Shown here piece after piece: positions 57,884-64,000 of a DNA stretch of 64,000 nucleotides. Position numbers and translations under genes: made by a program. The number at the start of each line of letters is the position of its first letter. Position 1 is the stretch's first letter. The stretch is from the NCBI GenBank assembly GCA_965215195.1, contig CBDCDC010000002.1:3936001-4000000 (forward strand). Direction: 5' to 3'. The notes below the pieces were generated by a model. The model saw only the letters and a list, made by a program, of their open reading frames with translations, ran no database searches and had not been told where the DNA came from. The DNA comes from Candidatus Latescibacterota bacterium (GTDB taxonomy: Bacteria; Latescibacterota; UBA2968; UBA8231).

Positions 57884-59599
57884 ATGGTAATTAGGCCGTC
57901 TCCGCTCCGTTTTACGGGGCGGAGTTCAATTTTGCTAAAAGTACTGGCGGTGTGGCTCTTAGCGGCTGGGGCGGCGGGAGCCGACACGTGGGACGAAGAG
58001 CAGTTTGCGCGGCTGACCAGCGGCCATGACGCCGAGATCCAACGGGCCGTAACCGCCTTGGCCGCGCGCTACGACCAAGCCCATTACGCATTGATGAAGG
58101 GGCTGTTCAGCGGGGAGGTCTATCGCTGGAGCGAGCGCGCAGTGCAACGCGGCTTGGTGCTCATCGGCGATGAGGAAATGGACGAGTACGGCGATTCGAT
58201 CGCGCCGCTTTTTACGGCCTATCCCGAGCGCGTACCCATCCTCGGCGGGGATGGTGAGCAGGTCGAGGTTTCGCTCTACGACCTAGAGGAAGTCGAGACC
58301 AATCGGAAGATCCGGGTGCTGATCCAGCCCTATTTGCTGCTGATGGAACTCTTCCACCCGGCCGCTGACAAACGGCGGATCGCCGCTGAAAATATCGGCA
58401 ACAAGGGCACGGCCGCCGCCATCCCGAGGTTGCGCCGCTCCATTGAGGCGGAAACGGATGGGTCGATCCGGCGGTTGAAGCGCGTGTCGTTGGCCAAGCT
58501 GCAATTGGCCGACGCCCAAGCCGAGGTGCGCTTGCAGGCGGTGGCTGCATTGGAGGAACTGCGCAGTCCGCTGGCCATACCCGTCCTAGAGGAGCTTTTG
58601 CGTACAGGCGAGTCTGGGGCCTTTGCCGAACCAGACACTCAGGTGCGGGAGCGGGCCGCAGCGGCCCTGACTAGCTTGCGGCGTTTTAGTTCCTTCATGC
58701 AGGCGGTGCAGACGATTTTCATCGGTCTGAGCTTGGGGTCCATTCTGGTCTTGATGTCGCTGGGGTTGGCGATTATCTACGGGCAGATGGGAGTGATTAA
58801 CATGGCGCACGGCGAGTTTATGATGATCGGCGCGTACACCACTTTCGTGGTGCAAAACCTGTGCTTGGCCGTGCTACCTGCTGCGTACGGAGACCTCTTT
58901 TTCGCCATCTCCTTTCCCTTTGCTTTCTTGGTGGCTGGAGGCGTCGGGTTTCTGCTGGAGGCGTTGATTATATGCCGGCTGTACAGCCGACCCCTCGAAA
59001 GCCTGCTGGCCACTTGGGGCATCAGTCTGGTGCTGATTCAGGCGGCGCGCAGCATCTTTGGCGATCTGACGGCCGTGAAGTTGCCGCAGCTTCTAAGCGG
59101 TGGCTGGGAAATGGCGCCCCAAGTGGTGTTGCCCTATAACCGCATGTTCATCATGGCACTGGCCGCGGCGATCGTCGGGATGCTGTTGGCGCTTTTCTTT
59201 CGCACGCGCTTTGGGCTCAAGCTGCGGGCCACGACCCAAAATCGGGCGATGAGTGCCTGCGTTGGGGTGCCGGTGCGGCGCATTGACGCCATGGCCTTTG
59301 CCTTGGGCACGGGGATCGCCGGGGTCGCCGGTTGGGCCATGACCCTGATCGGGAACGTCGTGCCCAACATGGGCCAGACCTACATCGTCGATTCGTTCCT
59401 CGTGGTCGTCACCGGCGGGGTCGGCAAGCTGCTGGGCACAATAAGCGCCGGGCTGGGGATCGGCATTTTCAACAAGATGCTCGAGCCGCTCTTTGAAGCC
59501 GTGTACGGCAAGGTCATCCTGTTGGGCTTGATCATCGTCTTCTTGCAATCGCGCCCGACTGGCCTCTTTCCCGCCAAAGGACGGAGCGAGGAACTGTGA
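57884..59599 (+). CDS. urtB: Urea ABC permease with an N-terminal HEAT-like periplasmic domain
   Basis: SLGSIL, GVINMAHGEFMMIGAY, LLATWG, YIVDSF. Confidence 0.93.
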   Translation: MVIRPSPLRFTGRSSILLKVLAVWLLAAGAAGADTWDEEQFARLTSGHDAEIQRAVTALAARYDQAHYALMKGLFSGEVYRWSERAVQRGLVLIGDEEMDEYGDSIAPLFTAYPERVPILGGDGEQVEVSLYDLEEVETNRKIRVLIQPYLLLMELFHPAADKRRIAAENIGNKGTAAAIPRLRRSIEAETDGSIRRLKRVSLAKLQLADAQAEVRLQAVAALEELRSPLAIPVLEELLRTGESGAFAEPDTQVRERAAAALTSLRRFSSFMQAVQTIFIGLSLGSILVLMSLGLAIIYGQMGVINMAHGEFMMIGAYTTFVVQNLCLAVLPAAYGDLFFAISFPFAFLVAGGVGFLLEALIICRLYSRPLESLLATWGISLVLIQAARSIFGDLTAVKLPQLLSGGWEMAPQVVLPYNRMFIMALAAAIVGMLLALFFRTRFGLKLRATTQNRAMSACVGVPVRRIDAMAFALGTGIAGVAGWAMTLIGNVVPNMGQTYIVDSFLVVVTGGVGKLLGTISAGLGIGIFNKMLEPLFEAVYGKVILLGLIIVFLQSRPTGLFPAKGRSEEL

Positions 59600-60657
59600 G
59601 CGCGTCTAGGCACCACATAGTCGCTGGTTTGCTGTTTGCCTTTTTTGGCCTCCTAGTCCCCCTGCTCAACTATCTAGGCCTAGTTGCCGATACGACCCTG
59701 AACCTGTGGGGGCGCTATTTTTGTTTTGCCATCGTCGCCCTTGGGATGGACCTGATTTGGGGATTTACCGGCATTCTGTCGCTGTGCCAGGCGTTTTTCT
59801 TTTGTCTGGGCGGCTACGCCATTGGTATGCACATGCTGCTCAAGACCGGGACTAAGGGCGTGTACGGCAGCGCGTTGCCCGACTTCATGGTCTGGAACCG
59901 GGTTGAGGAACTGCCGCTTTTTTGGCAGCCGTTCCACAGCCTGCCGCTGACGGTGCTCCTCGGGCTGCTGGTACCGGGATTGGCGGCGCTGGTCTTTGGT
60001 TTTCTCGCCTTTCGCAGCCGCATCAAGGGTGTGTATTTGGCCATTATCACCCAAGCACTGGCGCTGGCGCTGTGGCTGCTTTTTTTGCGCAACGAGACCA
60101 TGTTGGGGGGGACCAACGGGCTGACTGATTTCAAGACCCTGCTGGGCGCTGAGTTGGCCGATCCGGCGACCAAGCGCGGGCTCTACGTGGTGGCGTGTGC
60201 GGCCCTGGTGGGGGCGTATTATCTGTGCCGCTATATCGTGGGCTCCAAATTGGGCAAATTGTTAGTGGCCATCCGCGACAGCGAGCACCGCCTGCGCTTT
60301 ATCGGCTACCCCATTACCCGCTACAAGCTCTTCGTCTTTGTCGTCGCCAGCGCCTTGGCCGGCTTGGGGGGAATGCTCTACGTGCCGCAGACCGGCATCA
60401 TCACGCCGGGGCGCATGGACGTGCAGGCTTCGATTGAAATCGTGGTGTGGACGGCGGTCGGGGGCCGGGGGACGTTGGTGGGCGCAATCGTCGGGGCCGT
60501 ATTGGTCAACTTGCTCTACAGCTTCCTCACCGGCGCGTTCCCCGGCACTTGGCTCTACTTCCTCGGTGCGCTCTTTGTCGGGGTGGTGCTGTTCTTTCCC
60601 GAGGGCATCGTCGGGGTGATCGGGCGTTGGCGTCGGCGGCCGCGTAACGAGAATTAG
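59596..60657 (+). CDS. urtC: Urea ABC permease
   Basis: DLIWG.TGILSL, LPDFM, SRIKGVY, GGTNGLTDF, WTAVGGRG. Confidence 0.94.
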   Translation: MSASRHHIVAGLLFAFFGLLVPLLNYLGLVADTTLNLWGRYFCFAIVALGMDLIWGFTGILSLCQAFFFCLGGYAIGMHMLLKTGTKGVYGSALPDFMVWNRVEELPLFWQPFHSLPLTVLLGLLVPGLAALVFGFLAFRSRIKGVYLAIITQALALALWLLFLRNETMLGGTNGLTDFKTLLGAELADPATKRGLYVVACAALVGAYYLCRYIVGSKLGKLLVAIRDSEHRLRFIGYPITRYKLFVFVVASALAGLGGMLYVPQTGIITPGRMDVQASIEIVVWTAVGGRGTLVGAIVGAVLVNLLYSFLTGAFPGTWLYFLGALFVGVVLFFPEGIVGVIGRWRRRPRNEN

Positions 60658-60660
60658 GCG

Positions 60661-61425
60661 ATGGACAATCTATACGTGCAGCAGTTGAGTGTGTCGTTCG
60701 ACGGCTTCAAGGCACTGGACATCGACATATTTGAGGTCGCCCAAAACGAATTGCGGGTGGTCATCGGCCCCAATGGTGCGGGCAAGACGACCCTGCTCGA
60801 CGTACTCTGCGGCCGGGCGCGGCCCGACGCGGGCCACGCCTATTTCAAGGATCGAGACCTGACCAAGCTGAGCGAGGGCGAGATCGTCGATTTAGGGGTG
60901 GGGCGCAAATTCCAAGCGCCGACAGTTTTTACTTCTCTGACCGTCGCCGACAACCTGATGCTAGCTGTGCAGGCCAACCGCGGCGTCTTCGCCTCGCTGT
61001 TCCACCGGCTCAAAGCGGCCGAGCGCCGCCGGACTGAGGAGGTGGCCGAGCGCACCGGGCTGGAGGGTGTGCTCGACGAGGTCGCCGGGACCCTGTCGCA
61101 CGGTCAGAAGCAGTGGTTGGAGATCGCCATGGTCATCTTGCAGGACCCCACGCTCTTTCTGGTGGATGAGCCAGCGGCCGGTATGACCGACGAGGAGACC
61201 TTCCGCACCGGGGAGATCCTGCAAGGACTCGCCGCAGACCACGCCCTGATCGTCATTGAGCACGATATGGAATTCGTGCGGCAAATCGCCCGCAAAGTAA
61301 CGGTGCTACACGAGGGCAAGATCCTAGTCGAAGGGCCGATGGAAACGGTACAGAACGACCCGCGCGTCATTGAGTGCTATCTGGGAACGGCCATGGAACG
61401 GGAGGAACACAGTGCAGTCGGCTGA
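60661..61425 (+). CDS. urtD: Urea ABC ATPase
   Basis: SFDGFKAL, GPNGAGKT, GRKFQ, LSHGQKQWLEI. Confidence 0.94.
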   Translation: MDNLYVQQLSVSFDGFKALDIDIFEVAQNELRVVIGPNGAGKTTLLDVLCGRARPDAGHAYFKDRDLTKLSEGEIVDLGVGRKFQAPTVFTSLTVADNLMLAVQANRGVFASLFHRLKAAERRRTEEVAERTGLEGVLDEVAGTLSHGQKQWLEIAMVILQDPTLFLVDEPAAGMTDEETFRTGEILQGLAADHALIVIEHDMEFVRQIARKVTVLHEGKILVEGPMETVQNDPRVIECYLGTAMEREEHSAVG

Positions 61426-62122
61426 GACCACGCTGGCGGTGGAGGAGCTGGATGTCCACTACGGAGGTAGCCGCATCTTGCGCGACATTAGCTTGCGGGT
61501 TCCCGGCGGCTCAATTGTGGCGGTGATGGGGCGCAACGGCGTCGGCAAAACGACGCTGCTCAAGGCGATCATGGGGCTGTTGGCACCGACCAAGGGCCGG
61601 GTGTTTTTTGCCGGCGAGGACGTCACTGGGCTGACGGCTGATCAGCGCACCCGGCGGGGATTGGGGTACGTGCCGCAGGGCCGCGAGATTTTTCCGCAGT
61701 TGACAGTGCGGGAAAACTTGCAAATCGGCTTGCAGGCGTGCGGTGGCGGTGGCGAGGTACCCGAGGAAGTGTTCGCGCTCTTTCCGGTGTTGGCGGAAAT
61801 GCAGGAGCGGATGGGCGGCAATTTGAGCGGCGGACAGCAACAGCAGTTGGCCATTGCCCGGGCCCTGATCGGCGAACCCAAGGTCCTGATGCTGGATGAG
61901 CCGACCGAAGGAATCCAGCCGTCGATTATTTTGCAAATAGAAAAGGTGTTGCTCCAGCTCAAGGAGCGGGGCGAATTCGCCATCGTCCTAGTTGAGCAGT
62001 ACTTCGACTTCGCGCGGCAGATCGCCGATCACTTCTTTCTCATGGATCGGGGCAGCATCCTGTTGCAGGGGACGGCCGACGAGTTGTCGGATGAAAGTAT
62101 CAAGACCCATCTGACGTTTTGA
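61412..62122 (+). CDS. urtE: Urea ABC ATPase
   Basis: [40 protein letters not shown]. Confidence 0.94.
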   Translation: MQSAETTLAVEELDVHYGGSRILRDISLRVPGGSIVAVMGRNGVGKTTLLKAIMGLLAPTKGRVFFAGEDVTGLTADQRTRRGLGYVPQGREIFPQLTVRENLQIGLQACGGGGEVPEEVFALFPVLAEMQERMGGNLSGGQQQQLAIARALIGEPKVLMLDEPTEGIQPSIILQIEKVLLQLKERGEFAIVLVEQYFDFARQIADHFFLMDRGSILLQGTADELSDESIKTHLTF

Positions 62123-62132
62123 GGGAGGATTC

Positions 62133-62888
62133 ATGCGACTTGCACCGAGGGAAATCGACAAGCTCGTATTGCACAATGCCGGCTTTGTGGCGCAGAAGCG
62201 CTATGCCCGGGGCCTGCGGCTCAACTACCCAGAGGCGACCGCCCTGATCGCGGCGCAGTTGCTCGAGTTTATCCGCGATGGCGAGCGGGTTGCCACCTTG
62301 ATGGACAAGGGCAAGCAATTGCTCGGTATTGAAGATGTGTTGCCGGGGGTGCCGGAAATGGTCCACGAGGTGCAGGTGGAAGGCACGTTCCCCGACGGCA
62401 CCAAACTGGTGACGGTCCATCAGCCGATCTGCCGGGTGCGCGGCAACCCCGAGTTGGTGCTCTATGGCTCGGGGCTGGTGCGGGTGAGTACGACGCGGTC
62501 GCCGGACAACGCGTCCAGCACCGCGCCTGGGGAAGTGCTGGTGGCAGATGGGGAACTCGCGCTCAACGCGGGCCGCGAAAAAGTGGAACTCGAAGTGGCG
62601 AATATGGGTGACCGCCCCGTGCAGGTGGGGTCGCACTTTCCCTTCTTTGAGGCCAATGCCGAATTGCGCTTTGATCGCGCCCGGGCCTATGGTTTTCGCC
62701 TCGATATTCCCGCGGGGACGGCGGTGCGTTTCGAGCCGGGGGAGACCAAGACGGTGACGCTGGTCGCCGTAGCTGGCAAGCGCGTCGTCCACGGCGGCAG
62801 CGGTTTAATCGGCGGGCCCTTGGGCGACGACAACAAGCCGGCCGCGCTGGCGCGGGCCAAAGAGCGCGGCTTTTTAGGAGCGGAGTAA
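62133..62888 (+). CDS. ureAB: Fused urease gamma/beta subunit
   Basis: MRLAPRE...LNYPE...[14 protein letters not shown], then [11 protein letters not shown]...[15 protein letters not shown]. Confidence 0.95.
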   Translation: MRLAPREIDKLVLHNAGFVAQKRYARGLRLNYPEATALIAAQLLEFIRDGERVATLMDKGKQLLGIEDVLPGVPEMVHEVQVEGTFPDGTKLVTVHQPICRVRGNPELVLYGSGLVRVSTTRSPDNASSTAPGEVLVADGELALNAGREKVELEVANMGDRPVQVGSHFPFFEANAELRFDRARAYGFRLDIPAGTAVRFEPGETKTVTLVAVAGKRVVHGGSGLIGGPLGDDNKPAALARAKERGFLGAE

Positions 62889-62890
62889 TC

Positions 62891-64000
62891 ATGCGTATTG
62901 ATCGACGCGCTTATGCGGATATGTACGGGCTCACCACCGGCGACCGGGTGCGATTGGGCGACACGGCCTTGGTCGTCGAGGTCGAAAAGGATCACACCGC
63001 GTACGGCGAGGAGTGCAAGTTCGGCGGCGGCAAAGTGCTGCGCGACGGCATGGGACAGCAGAGCGGCGCGAGCCCAAAAGAGGCCCTCGACTTGGTAATC
63101 ACCAACGCGCTGGTACTCGACTACACGGGCATTTACAAGGCCGATATCGGCGTCAAGGACGGGCGCATCGCCGGAATTGGCAAGGCTGGCAACCCGGACA
63201 TTATGCCGGGAGTCGCCGAGCAGATGGTCGTCGGCGCGATCACCGAAGTGGTGGCCGGGGAAAAGCTGATTTTGACGGCTGGAGCGCTGGACGTACACGT
63301 GCATTTTATTTGCCCGCAGCAAGTTGAAGAAGCCATGGCCGCGGGGATCACCACGATGCTCGGCGGCGGCACCGGCCCGGCGACCGGGACGAATGCCACC
63401 ACCTGTACCCCAGGTGCTTTTTACATCCGCACGATGCTCCAAGCGGCCGATGCTTGGCCGCTCAATTTCGGCTTTTTGGGCAAGGGCAACTCGTCGTTGC
63501 GCTTAGGGCTGGCCGCGCAAGTTGAGGCCGGGGCCTGCGGGCTCAAGCTGCACGAGGACTGGGGCACGACGCCGGCGGCCATTGATGCGTGTCTGGCGGT
63601 CGCCGAAGAGTTCGACGTGCAGGTCTGCATCCACACGGACACGCTCAACGAGTCGGGCTTTGTCGAGGCGTCGCGGGCGGCCTTCAAAGGCCGGACGATC
63701 CACACCTACCACACCGAGGGCGCCGGCGGCGGACACGCGCCCGATATTATGCGGCTTTGCGGCGAGGCCAATGTGCTGCCCTCTTCGACCAACCCGACGC
63801 GGCCCTTCACGGTCAACACGATAGACGAACATCTCGACATGCTGATGGTCTGCCACCACCTCGACAAGAACATTCCCGAGGACGTAGCCTTTGCCGAGAG
63901 CCGGATCCGCGAGGAGACCATCGCGGCCGAAGACGTTTTGCACGACTTGGGTGCGCTGTCGATCATGGCCTCGGACAGCCAAGCCATGGGCCGAGTGGGG
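62891..64000 (+). CDS. ureC: Urease alpha subunit, truncated by the right edge
   Basis: [57 protein letters not shown]. Confidence 0.97.
   Translation, partial: MRIDRRAYADMYGLTTGDRVRLGDTALVVEVEKDHTAYGEECKFGGGKVLRDGMGQQSGASPKEALDLVITNALVLDYTGIYKADIGVKDGRIAGIGKAGNPDIMPGVAEQMVVGAITEVVAGEKLILTAGALDVHVHFICPQQVEEAMAAGITTMLGGGTGPATGTNATTCTPGAFYIRTMLQAADAWPLNFGFLGKGNSSLRLGLAAQVEAGACGLKLHEDWGTTPAAIDACLAVAEEFDVQVCIHTDTLNESGFVEASRAAFKGRTIHTYHTEGAGGGHAPDIMRLCGEANVLPSSTNPTRPFTVNTIDEHLDMLMVCHHLDKNIPEDVAFAESRIREETIAAEDVLHDLGALSIMASDSQAMGRVG

Overview
GC-rich bacterial chromosome segment from a diderm. The gene style (PQQ-propeller paralogues, Planctomycete-like UVR protein, lptC/A-lptB-rpoN) suggests a Latescibacterota/FCB- or PVC-like organism, which is inference only. 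Left to right: (1) a minus-strand operon of a beta-propeller, a HemN-like radical SAM enzyme, two more propellers and a TonB-dependent receptor; (2) mixed housekeeping and carbohydrate genes (Fic, rfbB, xylonate dehydratase, ubiX, RsmF-like, M23, Mrp, DksA-like, TolC, transaldolase/SIS, prenyl synthase, M42); (3) a lower-GC islet with a heptad-repeat nuclease-like gene and two unknown coiled-coil genes; (4) ECF sigma, rfbC, smc, gatC, an atypical pyrG, lpt genes and rpoN; (5) a collapsed BREX-like defence relic with an IS630 insertion and one intact AlbA_2 gene; (6) an operon of a triple-RidA-like protein, a split ThDP decarboxylase and a LarA-like protein; (7) a sigma54-type urea uptake and urease cluster running off the right edge. 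The most striking unannotated signal is near-absence of CCWGG in core genes with an excess of its C-to-T decay products. No rRNA, tRNA or CRISPR array was seen. All family calls come from motif recognition, not database searches.
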